From: Piromyces finnis finn
Taxonomy: Eukaryota; Fungi; Neocallimastigomycota
Length of the DNA: 64,000 bases
Assembly (NCBI GenBank): GCA_002104945.1
Contig: MCFH01000010.1
Location: 248,001 to 312,000, forward strand
Direction of reading: 5' to 3'
The notes under the pieces are model-generated. The model was given only the letters and a program-made list of their open reading frames with translations. It was not told the DNA's origin and did no database searches. The number at the start of each line of letters is the position of its first letter. The first letter of the stretch is position 1. The position numbers and the translations under genes are program-made. Shown piece by piece: positions 49,545 through 64,000 of the stretch.

Positions 49545-52500
49545 ATGAGTGCATCAGTAAAGATATTCAATCCAATACCAATAATAGCAAAACCATTTAT
49601 TGGAACTTTGAATCAAAGGGATAATAAAAAATCTGATTCAAAAAATAATAAATGTTCTTTTATTGTTTCTGCGACCCCAGAAAATTCTAACAATATTAAG
49701 TATTCAGTTTTAACTGTTCAAGGACAAGGCATTTATTTAAATAATGTAAATTTTTTGTTAATATTAATAAAACTATTAATGAATTTAATTATTGAAGAAT
49801 ATTTACAAAATACAAATTATAAAATATTAATTATTGTTTTTTTATAAATTTAATTTAAAATAAAAGATTATTGACCAAAATAATATTTATTCTTGGTCAG
49901 TATCCCCAAATATTAGATTTACATGTCCAGCAATTTATGTTAATGACAATAATGAAAATGAGAAGGTTATTGCTGTAATTGAAGATGATTTAGAAATTAG
50001 TGAATCCGAAAAAAAGAAAACATTATGGATTTGGGATTTATTGAAAAAAGATGAAGATGGCATGATAAATAAAATTGTAAAAAAGGTTAAGAAACCAATT
50101 TCTTTCTTAAAACCAATTTCATTCGAAAATGATAATGGAAATAATTATATTTTAAGTTTTAATACTGATTCTTCGTTAACATTATATACACCCGATTTCA
50201 AAATTGTTCATAATCATAAAGGTTCCGGTGGTATTTGTTGCTTCAAAAAAATTATAAATACTACTGAATCAATTATTAATATAATCGCAATCTATAGAAA
50301 AAACAATGAAATGATTGTTCGTATTTCTAGTATTAATAAATCAACCAATATTTCAATAAATTTAAAAAACGAATTGTCTTTCCCACTTTTAAAAGATACT
50401 GAAGTATTAACTTATGAATATAATGGCAAAACAAATTCAGTATATGCTTTATGTAAGTATATTAATATTATAAAATAATTAAACTGGTTGTAGCTTTATT
50501 TTAAAAATAAATATTTTTTATTAATATTTGTTAATTGAATGATATTTTTATCAACAAATTTTTAATTTATAAAGTATCTACAGGATCAATTATGAGATAT
50601 TCCTTAGATATAGATGATAAAAAGGGTGAATCAATTGCTAATGTTAAAAGTGTTTATTCACAATTTAACAGTGAAAATAGTTTAACAGTCGAAAGTGAAG
50701 AAGGTCAAATATTTAACGAAAAATTCTCTATGACTTTCTTAAATGATGATTTAATTGCATTGATAGGAAAAGGTGGAAATAATGATACAGGTAAATATAA
50801 AAGTAATATATTATATAAAATAATTAAGGTATTAATAATAATATCATATGTATAGACTTATTATCTGTATGGGATTTAAAATACGGAACTTTACAATTCA
50901 AAAAAATATTTTCTAATGAAAAGTGGGAAGAAATTACATCTAGTACATTTGAAATTGGAAATAATGTTAAGCAAGGCCACAATAAATATTATAAGGTAAA
51001 TTTATTTATATTTATTTTTAGTATTTTTAATAATTTTATTAGATTAATAAGAAATTTTAATGTTTTCTTTTATTATGGATATAATATATAAACATATGTA
51101 ATAAATAAATATTATATAATTAACATAATTTTACTATAATTATTATTGGTATTATAAAAATAAAAAATTAGATATTTTCAATAACTTCGGATGATTTAGG
51201 TGATATCATTCTTTTAACAACAACAGAAATTACTGAAAACAATCCAATTTCATTCAAATCAAATATTTATATGTTCCCATTCCATTGTAAAACTATTAAT
51301 TTATTAATGGCATTAGGTAAAAAGAATACTGGATTTAATGTAGATGCAAAGTTAGGTTTACCAACAATATTTACTCCAGAAATAAATCAAAAATGGAATT
51401 TAAATTCATGGCTTGAAGAATCCAACAAAAAAGTTAAATCTGATCAAGAAGAATTTGAAAAATTAATGAAGTCGGAATCTTCAAAATTTGAAGCTAATTA
51501 TAATAAATATATCCTTAAGCATAAAGTCGTTGATGATGAAAAACAAGATAAAAAGAATAATAATGTTAATAATGAAAAGTCATTATTAGATGTATCACAA
51601 GCTGTTGTTAATAGTCTTCTTGAAAAGTGTTTTTCAGATAAATCTAAAAATTGGCCAAAGAATGTTGTTGCATCTTTATTAATAAATAACATGGTCAGTT
51701 CATATTTAATGAATAAAAAATTCATTTCTTCATTATTAGAGAAAGACGAATTACAATTATTGGAAATAGCTTTAAGTAAAGTGAGAGATATTAATGAAAA
51801 TGACTTGGTTTTAATTATAAGATATATTTGTGGTGATGCTGGTAATCCAGAATGGCAATGGAAGCCTGCTAAAACTAGATTAGCTAATTTAAAGAAGTTC
51901 CATAAAAAAGATAATTATTATGTAGCACAAGAATTAATTGATGAAGAAAGTGGCGAAATTACTGCTTTTGACTTTATTTCTACATCTGGAACTCAATATT
52001 TATTAGAAAAGGTTTTAATGTATCCAAGAAATGTTCCAATATTTAAAAATTATTTAAAACAATTAAATAGTAATCAATTAGAAGCTATCTTACCATACTT
52101 AATTCATTTATTAATGGATTCTGTATCAAAGGAAGAAAAGGATATAGATATGATAAAAAAAGATGAAAAAGAAAAAACCGAAGAAGAAACTGAAAATTTA
52201 GAAGTCAATGATGAAGTATTTATTGAAAAGATTACATGGCTCTTTAAGGATAAGACACCATGTAGTATGGCTGGTATTAAGGTTGATGCAGTTGTAGAAA
52301 CTATTTCTAATATAGTTGATGTTAATTTAACCAACACTCTTCTTTCAGAAAAACTCCAAAAACAATTAAAGACTCTTCGCAAACATTTAGGTCGTACAAC
52401 TCATAAATACAATCAAATTCAAAGTAGTTTATCAGGTCCATTAACGATGTTTGCTGAAAAAGCTAAATATTTCCGTAGTAAGTCTATGGAATCATCAAAA

Positions 52501-52599
52501 AGTAAGGGCAAACATAATACTAAGAAACACTACAAAAACAAAATCTTATCTCAATGGAATGAAGCTGTTGAATACACTGCTGAAGTTTTACAATTTTAA
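49545..52599 (+). CDS. NOL11: Nucleolar protein 11 / Utp8-like t-UTP subunit, multi-exon
   Basis: VLTVQGQGIYL / IIDQNNIYSWSVSPNIRFTCPAIY resembles the NOL11 N-terminus (SDQKPLGSWSV...ITCPAV, recalled). Beta-rich N half; helical C half with LEIALSKVRDINENDLVLII and basic tail; ends EYTAEVLQF. Confidence 0.72.
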
Positions 52600-54195
52600 G
52601 ATTAGAATTTATTTAATATATTTATTTCTTTTTCTAGAATTTATGAATATCTATTTATTTTTAATTTCATTTCATAAAATATTAGAATATAACAGAAAAT
52701 TTTTTTTATTGTTAATATAAACATTTAATAAATATATTAATTTATTTGTTTTTTTTTTTTTTTTCCCTTTCCTTTCCATTACAAATGTTATTTGGATTAT
52801 TTATATTTATATTTATGTTTTTTTTTTTCTTTTATCACACACTCTAATATTTTTATTCATAATTTAACTAATTAGAATTATATAAATAATTTTTATTTTA
52901 ATAAAATAAATTCATTTTTTTAAAAAAAAAGGTTTATTATTTAGTAATATAAATAGTTTTGATTATATTTTGTTTCATTAACTTTTACAATGATTAATTA
53001 TATGAAACATTTAATTTTTTTATTATTTGTTATCACTCTGTAAAAGTAATAATATGATTTAATTTATATATTTTATAAGAACTTGGAATTGTATAAAATT
53101 TCTTTGTTTAATATTGTATATTGTATATTTTATTGTTAGGATTTTGCATGTAAACTTTATCGAATAAATACAAAAATTTTATATATATTCATTAAAGTTA
53201 TCTCCATTGTAAATATTCAGATATAAATAATCTAATTTTTTTTTTTTTTTTTATTTTTATTATGAAAATGGTATATATATATCAAATACTAATTAATATA
53301 TAATTCCTATAACTTTTTAATTCTTTTTGAATTGTAAATTTATCGGTTTTTAAATGCTTTATACCAAAAAATTTAGTATAAAGCACTTTATATTTTGACA
53401 TTATTTACAATTTTAATGAAATTTATTTAAATTATAAATGTATTTTTTTTTATCAAAAAAAAGAATAGCCTAGAGTTTAACCTTTTTTAGTACTATAAAA
53501 TTTTGACTTTTATTATAAGTATATCAATATTTAATTAAATAATTTAATTATCTTTTTTTTTTTTTTGTTGTTTTTAAAATTATTTTTAATTAATTATTTA
53601 ATGTAAAAATTTTAAAAAAAAAATAAAAACTTTAAAAAAACTATTATTTTTTTTTTTTTTTTAAAAAAAATAAAAAATAAAAATAAAGAATTAAATTAAA
53701 AAAGAAATTAACTAAAAGGATATCAATATTTAATTAAAATTAAAAATCAATATCAATTGTTAAATTGTAATTATTATTAAAAATGTGATATGAAGTTATA
53801 ATATAAATTTAATATTTTTAAATTTTATAGAAAAAAAAAATATAAATAAATAAATAAATAAATAAATAAATGAATGAACCATTTAATAAATTTTAAAAAT
53901 TGATTTCAATAAAATTCTGAAATTAACATTAATTGTTAAAAATAAGAAAAAAAAAATATTTATTATTATTTATTAGCAGTTATTTTTAAAATATAAATAT
54001 TCCTATAATATCAAAAATAGTAATTAATTAGAAAAAAGTAGAATTGATTAATTTTTAAATGTTTAGTTTTTTATATGAATACTAACATATTTACTTACTT
54101 TACTATTAAAATTTTTAAATTTAAGTAACTAACAAAAAATTATATATAATTATTATAATATTATTAATACCATATAGAGGATAGTATTAATTAAT

Positions 54196-57100
54196 ATGTC
54201 TTTAAAAGGTAAATGCCTGAATAAGTGATATATATATTAATTTTAATATGCATATTATAAAAGAAAGAATAACACTAATAAATATTTTTTTTTCTAATTA
54301 TTATTGTATATTTCTATTAAAAAAGAAACAATTGATAATGCTTATAATTTAGCAGATTATGAAGCTTTTGGCGATGTCATTGCCAAAGCAAAAAGTATGT
54401 TTAACAATATTATAAATATTCAATGCATTATTTATTATATTTTATTTTGGATGTCTAAAAATGTATTTTGAAATAATTTTGAAATATGTAGATGAAGATC
54501 CAGACCAATTAATAGAATCAGGAATTATGAAATTAATTATTAATTACTTAGAAAAATTTGATAATATTCCAAAGGATGAATTTGAAAAGTATTGGTTACA
54601 ATGTATTAAATGTTTTGAATTAATTGCTGAAATGGCTAAGACTGGTAAATATAATTTTTTTTCTTACTTTAATATCAATAGGTTAAAGTGTATATTAAAT
54701 ATTGTACCAAATAAATAAATACAACTATTACTACTACATTACTGCTACTACTACAAATAAACTAATAATAATATAATTAATAATATTGAATAGAATCTAC
54801 CAGAGTTCCAATTGGTGAAAGTGGTGTTGTTAATAATATCGCAAAGGTTCATAAAGGATATAATAAAGCCTGCTATGGAAATGAAGCTGTATTTAAGTTA
54901 TCATCATCAACATACATTCAAATACTTAGGGCTTATGCCAACATTTGTTTTGATAATGGTATGTTAGCAGAGTATTAAATTTATTATATAAATAATATAG
55001 TCTAATGTAATAATATAAAATATAGAAAAAAATAGAGATTTAATTTTTGAAGCTCACGCCATTGATAAAATTGTTCCATTTTTACAACAGACTGATGATT
55101 TAAAATTAGTACAAATCGCATGCGGTGCATTATGTAATATTAGTATGGATAATGGTAAGTGATAATATACATTGTTTTTAATTAGAATTATTTGAAATTA
55201 TGTAATAATGTTTTATGAATTATATATACTGAAAGAACCAATTCAAAATGAAATTTGTGTTAATGGTGGTGTCAGCTTCTTAAGATCTTTGATTTTATTA
55301 TCAAGAGATTCTGACAATGAAACTTATAAAGATATTGCTCATGCTTCCTTAAGAGTAGTATTAAATCTCGTTGAAACAGGTTAATAGAAAAACTAAATAA
55401 AAAATAATTTTAATAATTTTAAATAACTAATATAAATATTTATATTATAGAATGTGGTCTTCAAAATTTCATTTCATCTGGTATTCTTCAACTTATGATT
55501 ACTTTAACAAAGCAATATATGTATGAAATGAAAAATAAGATAAATGTTTCTCAAAATCTTCAAACTATTGAAATTATAGTAAACATTTTAGATACTGTTG
55601 TTGAAAATGGTAATTATTTATTTAACAGATAAAAATATATAGATATAGATAATATATATAAGAGATAATAATGATAACAATTCTGTAAATTGACATAAAA
55701 TAAAATTAATGAAATTAAAAAAAAACTATAATAATTTGTATTCTTTTAGAGAATGTTCAAAGAGTAATTTTAGAAGAAGATTTATTAGAACCATTATTAT
55801 TACTTATTGAATTTATTCCTGATAAAGAAATATTTGATGATGATGAAGATGAAACTAGTTTCCATGATTTAAAGAAAAGTACTTGCAAATCTGTTATATC
55901 CGTTACTACTAATGGTAAATCTAATTTAAATTATTAGTAAATGCAAAATTATTAATTATTATTCAATATAAGTAATATTTTATTATTTATATATATATTA
56001 ATAAATATTTGAATTGCTATTTTAGATGTATGTATGAATTCAATGTTAAATGAATCTAATCAGTACAAAAGATTTATCAACTGGATGGTTGATAATCTTG
56101 ATGATAATTCTCCAGAAAGAGAGGAAATTAGATCTACTGGTGCTTATTGCTTAGGTAACCTTGCAAGAAGTGGTAAGTTGAATTAAATGCTCTACTAGGT
56201 TAATAATTTTTTAAAGATAATAAAAATTAATAGTTTTCTATCTCGTTTTATATTATAGATGAATCATGTATCAAATTAGTACAAGATTATAAGGTAATGG
56301 AACCAATTATGAATTTATTAAGATCAAAGGTTAGTCTTTTTAGTAATGGTGGTCAACCATCTCGTGAAGCAATGAAGGTTTTACATGCTTTAGTTGGTAC
56401 TCTTAAAAATTTATGTCTTGCTGGTAATTTATTAATATCAATATATAATTTAATCTAATAATTTATTATCATCAAAATCATTATTGATATAGAATTATAA
56501 AATATATTACATTTTAAAAAATTTAAATTTAAAATTAAAAATTATTACTTCATAGCTGAAAATCGTCAAACAATTGGTGAAACAGGATTAATTGAGTTAA
56601 TTTCTTCATTATTAACAAATATCTTTGCCCAACCAATTCATTACTTATGTGTTGGTATCATAAAGAACCTTTGTAGACTTTGTGGTAATATATTTATATA
56701 AACAGTTATTATATTATGCTTCTTATAATTCATAATTCATATGTTTTTTTTTTTTTCAAAATTTTTAGAAAATAATGCTGTTCGTTTCATGACTGGAAAG
56801 GCACCAATCGAAAATTCTGTTGTTAATAAAATTGATAATCCAGAAACTATTCCATATACTTATTTATTAAATTTAATAGCAAGATCAACAAGTGAAAATG
56901 ATACCCATGTCAGAAATGAAGGTGCTAGAGTAATTGTTAATTTAGTTAAATCACTTTGGAAAAAGAAAGGTAATATATAATTAAAATATTTTAATTAATT
57001 GAGTAAAAAAAAATAGTTAAATATAAATGAAACAAAGAATAAAAATCATAAAATTGGTAGTAATATAATATCTTTATACCATTTTTATTACAGAAATGTT

Positions 57101-57921
57101 TTTGTTATCATATATTATTAATAATAGTGGTGTTTCTTGTTTATTATCTTTAATTCTTGGTATACCAATTTTAAAGAGTAAAGATGAAATAAATGAAAAT
57201 GAAAATGATGAAGCAGAAGACAGTCATGGAGTAAGATTTGATCAAGTACCAACTGCTCCACAAATTTTCCCAATTCTTCAAAATGAAGGAATTTTAGCTC
57301 TTATATTATTATTAAATGGTAATCATTCTTGTTTGAGATATTATTATTGTTATATATTTCATATTCAATTATTATATATATATATATAAATACTAATATT
57401 ATGTTATATAACAAATAGTTCATGAAGAAGAAACTATGCAATTAATAAAGAAAAATGAAAATTTACTAGTTCCACAAATATTAGAAATTATAAAGTTACC
57501 ATCAACAAAGAGAAGAGGTAGTGGTTCTGCAATTAACTTAAAAAGTAGTTCTGATAAGGACGCCTCAAGATCATCATTAGCTTCATTGAATACTTCTTCT
57601 GTTCCAAATGAATTAAAAAATAACTCTTGTATATTATTAAATCATTTATGCAATGATGGTAATAATTATATATATTATTTAATAAAAGTAAATTTATCTA
57701 AATGTTAACTAATTTTAATTTTTTTTTATATAATAAAAATAGCTGACATTAAGAATAAATTTAAGAATGATATTTTAGTAACATTAGATGCTTTAGATGA
57801 GGATATAGCTGGATCAAGTTCTAATATTGATTTTGTTGAAGATGAAAATACAACTTATGCTGGTATTAAACCAGACATTTTACATGACTTAGTATCACAA
57901 CTTAAGAATAAAATTGCATAA
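54196..57921 (+). CDS. RAP1GDS1: SmgGDS / Rap1 GDP-dissociation stimulator-like armadillo-repeat protein, many exons
   Basis: IQILRAYANICFDN; QIACGALCNISMDN; RSTGAYCLGNLARSDESCIKLV; LHALVGTLKNLCLAAENRQTI; HVRNEGARVIVNLVK; FPILQNEGILAL. Start ATG TCT TTA AAA G|gt at 54196; TAA at 57919-57921. Confidence 0.85.
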
Positions 57922-57960
57922 ATATAAAATAATTTCAAACTAATTATTATTACTAAAAAC

Positions 57961-58234
<274 letters not shown>

Positions 58235-58831
58235 AAAATTATACAAATAATATAAAAAAGTAATAATAAGTAATCATATAATAAAAATAATTGATTGTAT
58301 AAAATTAATAAATATTATATAATTAATAAAAAAGCATATATTATTATTAAAAAAAAATGTATTATATTTAAAATATTAATAAAAAAAAAAAAAACAACTT
58401 TTTTTTAAAAAAAAATATTCATTAAAATTTTATTCCATAAAATTTTGTTTCTTATTAATTATTAATTAATAAGGTTAAAATAATTTTTATTCTTAAATAT
58501 TATTAGATATTTATTATTTTTAGATTTATCAAATTGTACAGTTTATTTTTATAGTGTGAATAAATAATTATAAAAAATTAATTTATATATAAAATGATAA
58601 TAAAATTTTAATTATTCTAAAGATTTATGAATACATATTTTATTATTATAAGTTTATTTAAAAAAATAAATATATATATATTTATTAATAATTGACTATA
58701 AATTATAATTATTATTACATAAAAGTAATAATAATAAATGTTTATTTATATATGAATTTATAAAACCAATTAATAGATGATAAAATTATTATCAAAAATC
58801 AAATTGTTATATTAATATTGAATATAATAAA

Positions 58832-60715
58832 ATGAGTCTTGAATCAGTTAAATCAAATGTATCAATACAATTAGAAAATTGGTTTGAAAAACATTCACGT
58901 TCATACCCAAGACGATGGCAAAAACGCTATTTCAGGTTTGATGGAGATAGTTTGTCATATAGCAAAAGTGACACATTATCAGAAAGATATAAAGTTAATA
59001 TTTTGGATATAATAGATGTTAAAATGAAACCAAATATTGAAGGAAAATATATATTAATAATTAATATAAAACCATCTGATGGAGGTAATGAATATGAAAA
59101 TGAATTAGAGATTCTAATGCCGAACCCTCAAATATTAAAAATATGGTATAATTCTATTAAAGAATGTATTAATTCCAGCAGTAAACTTAAAGAATTTAAT
59201 GCCATATCAAATTGTAGTATTAATAAATTTAATAATAGAGAAGTGAATATTAAAATGAAAAGTATTGATGATATTCATTCAAATGTTAATAAACCTTTAC
59301 CCCAACCGAATATTTTTTTAAAAAAAGGTATATTAATTAATAATTTTAACGAATTTAGATGAATATTATATATTTTGAAATTTTTGAAATTTATATATAT
59401 CATATTTATTTCATAATGTTTTATATTATTAATTATTTAATTAGATACTAATTCTTCTACAGTATCTGAAAATTCATTATCAAATTTGGAGAGAGAAAAT
59501 AAATCACTGGAAAATATTAATAAAAAATTTCATTCAGAAAAATCATCAGTATTAAGTAAATTAGATGCATTACTTGGTGATCTTCAACATACAATGTCAT
59601 TAAGTGAAGTGGAAAGAAAGTCAGTTATTGTTTTTAATAATTTTGAAAGAATAGGATTGAGTCCTTTATCAAATACTATTGAATCTAGTCCTCTTAAAAA
59701 GAATTGTAGTATTGATGATATAAAATATGAATCTAATCCAAATTCTTTGAATGATAAAATTCCTTTGGATACAAGTTTAGGAGATAAAAAGATAAATTCA
59801 GGAAACCCACCTGAAAAAATAGATACTAATAGAGAATTACGTTTTTCAGAATCATCATTAACTGCAACTACTAATAAATCATATGATAACCATATAAATG
59901 GTAATAATAGAAAAAATACAATTGTTAATGTTAGTGGTACATCAGAGAGAGAGAGTAATGATTTAATTGCAGATATAAATAAAAAAATTAACTTAAATTT
60001 ACATACTGATGGAATGGGGTCAAAAAGTAATTCATGTGTTTATAATATGGCTGTTAATAACTATAAAGAAAATGAATGTGATAGTAGAAATAATAGTGGG
60101 AATTTTGATAATTACAATATCATAATAAATACAAAATTGGTTAATGGTATGGCAACATCAAAATCAAATAACTCCTCAAATAATGTTTGTTCACCTGTTG
60201 TAAATAAACCAAAATATTTAGAAGTATATACCCAATTTGAAAATTCATTAACTTCTTCTCTTGATATTGTTGATATTGTTATTCAAATTCTTAATATTTC
60301 TAACAATGATATAGAAATGTGTTATACTGATTATAAAGAAGCAATATTAACTAAATCATCTGATTTAATTAATAAATCATCAAATTTATTTAAACAGATT
60401 AATGATGAAACTCGTCAACGTTCTAGTATTAGTGTATCAGAAACAGCAATTATAACAAAAAACCCAAAAATGATTGAATATGGAAATGAATTGGCATCAA
60501 TTATTAGAAAAATTGTATCATCTTTAAAAATATATTTAAAAATTGTTAAGAAAGATCAATTAATTCAAGAAAGTGAATATGAATTAAAGTCTATAATTAA
60601 TTCCGAGATTGAATCAAGTAAAAAAACTACAATTAGTGAATTAAAACAATCGTTAAATAATTTAAAAGATATTCTGTTAATAATTCAAAAAGAACTTAAT
60701 AAAATCAAAAATTAA
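58832..60715 (+). CDS. PH-domain protein with C-terminal helical bundle, 2 exons, function unknown
   Basis: N-terminal PH: LENWFEKHSRSYPRRWQKRYFRFDGDSLSYSKSD...LKIWYNSIKECI. One phase-1 intron (about 59329-59443) joins it to ORF 59486-60715. Confidence 0.8.
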
Positions 60716-61027
60716 TATGAGTTTTACGTGAAAAGAAAAGGGAAAATTCATTTAAATAATTAATATAAAAAGATAAACACTTTTATATTATAAATTTTTT
60801 GATATTAATATACCAAAGGATTTTATTTATTATTATTAATAAAAATATATTATTTAGTTTTCATTTTATTAATAGTATAAAATATATAAAATAAAATAAA
60901 ATTATTAAAAATTTAATACTATTAAATATATATTATGTAAATTTTTTTACATAATAAACTACTTTTAAATTATCTAAATTTCCATACCAAGAAAAAATAA
61001 ATAAATAATATAAAATCATAAAAGTAT

Positions 61028-63458
61028 TTAATAGTATGGACCAGTAATTGCAATTATATATGTTACTGCTGATAATAATAACTGTGAGTAATTTCCAGTT
61101 TCTAATTGAATACTAACAACCCATTTTCTTTGCTTTGTTGATTTTTCAACGAGCTGTTTTCCTTTAGCTTCACCAATACATCTTTGTTTTCTTGAATCCT
61201 TAAATTTTGTGATACATAACCAATTATGTTGTTCAAAATCACCTGTAAAGACAAATTGCGGAGATTTATCATTCTGTCCTGGTGTTTCAACAATATATTT
61301 CATATCAGAAACTTTTTCAATAAAGCCAAATTGATAACTTTCTGCCTGTATATTAACGATGTTTCCAATTTTATTAACTTTTATAGATGAGGTTGGTGAA
61401 TACTCTTCACGCTTATCTGTAATGTGCATTTTGCCCTTGTTGTCATCTTCATATTTAATTCTAAAGTACCCCATTAATAAATTTTATTTATTAAAAATTA
61501 AAACATAAGTAATATATATTATAATTGATATAGTTAATAAAAGAGGATGAATGGGAAATAATATAATTTTTTTATATAAATAAAAAATAAAAACAATAAT
61601 TTAAATAGGATTATTACCTTTTATTAACCCAATCTTTTAATGCAACCTCAAAAATGCATTCTGTGTTTTCGTTTAGAATTTGGATTTTATTTAATTTTTT
61701 CTTATCACTATAAACAACAAAAAAGAATTGTAAACATGATTCTTTTACATTATCAAGTAAATGACTATTTTCATTACTATATTCATCATTCAAATTCTTT
61801 GTTTTTTCATATAATGCTAATTGGTATTGTGTTGATTCATCAATTAATTTCGAATCATAAAGCTCTCTTGTTTTTCCTCTAATCTTTATAGAATTTTCAT
61901 AGTCACTATAATCTGAACTCGATTTTTTACTTATTTGAAAATCTGATCGTGTTCTTGTAATTTTATTTTCAGATCCATAAATATTAATAATACTATCAAG
62001 TGCCTTTTTTCTAATTATTAAAAAGTTATTTAATGTTAATTTAAATAATTTCTAAATGATATATATATATATATTTATATTATCAGTTTTTAATTACTTT
62101 ATTAAATCAGGTTGATCAATCATAGTGATTTCAAATACAACACTTTGATATATTGCTATATAATAATTATTTTATTATATTAAATTATTATTTGAAATAA
62201 TCAATATATATTATTTCAAATATAAACATATACTTACATTCATCTAATTGTTGATTTCTATCATTTTCAATATAATCCTGTCCTAACTGAATAATGTCCC
62301 CCGGTGTTATTTGAACTGGTTCACTTTTACAACCTGGTTTACTGATTCGTTTACCGTTAATAAATGTTCCACCATTGCTTCCAACATCTATAATGAAAAA
62401 CTGGTTTAAAATATGTTATTAAAACCTTTATTATTATATGTATATTAAAAAATAGAAAAACTATATACCTTATTGTTTTCAATAAATATTTCAGCATGAT
62501 GTCTGGAGACTACTAAACTATTAAAAACAATAAAATGAGAACGATTTTCATTGTTATTTCTTCCTAAACAATATCTATCTTTTAAATCAATTACTAATGA
62601 TTCGAAATTTTTACTTCTTGATAATAATTTAACTTTAGAATTAATAATTGATTGATTTAGAATATTAGGGTCAGTTAATATTATTGTTTTATTTTTATCA
62701 TATTCATTATTATTTTCATTATTATATATTTTGAAGTAACATTCATCATCATCATCATTTAAAACATAATTTTCACTTAATTTTGATGGACTATTTTTTT
62801 CAGATAAAATTTTTTGATGAAGTGATTCAATATAATCAATTTTTTTACCAGATGTTGAATTTTGATTATCACAAATTTCCTTATTTTCATCTATATTTTG
62901 TAATGTTTTGTCAATACTGTTATCACTACTACTGTTAGATCCGGATCCTATAGTAAATTCGATACTATCTTTATTACTTAAAACATTTGATTCATTTAAT
63001 TTATTATTGATAAAAGTATTATCAAGTTCTTGAGCAGTTTGACTTCTTTTTAAATTATTTGCATCTTTTAAACTTATTAATTTATTTTTTAATATTTCAA
63101 GTTCTAAAAGTGAATCATTTATTTCATTATTATCCATATTTAAAAGTGTTTCATTGGAAATACTTGATAGTTCAGAAGAAATTTTATTATCTGGTGATAT
63201 AAAAAATTTATTTTCAAAATGGTTTGGACTTGGTGAAACTTCTTCTGAATTAAAGCGAGAATGCAATATTTTATTATTCATAATATGTTTTACTAAACTA
63301 TCTTCATTTTGTTGTTTTTTAAATAATTCTTGTGGTAAATTTGGACGTAGAGGTGAAAATGATTGTGAACTTGATCTTATCATTCCAACTCCACTAACAT
63401 CAGCCAAATATGTCGGTTGATTAGGAATGGACTCTGGTTTTGTATGAATATTTTCCAT
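61028..63458 (-). CDS. FHA-domain protein with C-terminal LURP-one/Tubby-like domain, 5 exons
   Basis: FHA: YCLGRN...IVFNSLVVSRHHAEIFIENNK/FFIIDVGSNGGTFINGKRISKPGCKSEPVQITPGDIIQLGQDY. Downstream exons (about 62156-62098, 62010-61619, 61461-61028) splice in phase to the stop at 61028. Confidence 0.85.
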
Positions 63459-64000
63459 TTTAAATTCCCTTTATTATAATTAAAGATATATATATTTATG
63501 TTTTTCTTCTTCTATGTTATACAAGTTAATATTAATTTTAAAAGATAAAACATATATATATATAAATTATATATATATTATTTGTTTATTATTTATTAAA
63601 GATGCCTCTAAGAAAATATATAACTACTATCAAGTTATATTTAATCTTTGCTACTAATAAATAATATATTTAATTTTTTTTTTTTTTACTTTATTTCTTT
63701 TTTTGGTTTACATATACTTTTCTCTTTTTAATTTAAATTAAAATCTTGTTATAAATAAAGTTTCTTTATGTATCATTTTTTTTATTAAAAAATACTAAAT
63801 TATAAAATTCGATTAGATTAAACAAAATCTAATTCAATAAATCCTATAATTTAGAATTTTATTATAAATTTAATCTAAAAATAATTGTTTTATTTAAACC
63901 ATTAAATTATTGTATAAATAATTAATAATAAATTATAGTAAAATTATATTTAAAGACAATAAATGATTATTTTTGAAAAATAATATAATATATAATATTA

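Overview
Extremely AT-rich eukaryotic DNA with short GT-AG introns, many (AAT)n/(TAAA)n microsatellites and long homopolymers. This, together with the fungal-type Num1/ApsA PH domain and Dma-type FHA domain, fits an anaerobic gut fungus (Neocallimastigomycota); the taxon is inferred, not proven. I can support 15 protein-coding genes, most spliced by hand: a PP1 glycogen-targeting CBM21 protein (3' end outside the window), CTF18, LRRC40, FAM72, a Num1/ApsA-like cortical protein, a PRRC2/BAT2-like protein, DPM2, PUS4, TRM1, ARP5, EBP2, NOL11/UTP8, SmgGDS (RAP1GDS1), a PH-domain protein and an FHA-domain protein. I saw no tRNA, rRNA, transposon, CRISPR or intronless HGT-like gene, and no operon-like novel system. 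The best leads are unusual protein architectures: a canonical AAxxG dynein-adaptor CC1 box on the Num1-like protein, a Dma-like FHA joined to a LURP/Tubby-like domain instead of a RING, a PH domain joined to a p130Cas-like FAT bundle, DPF/NPF motifs in the LRRC40 linker, and a fungal FAM72. There is also a local group of RNA-maturation genes. All family assignments come from motif recognition from memory, with no database searches.
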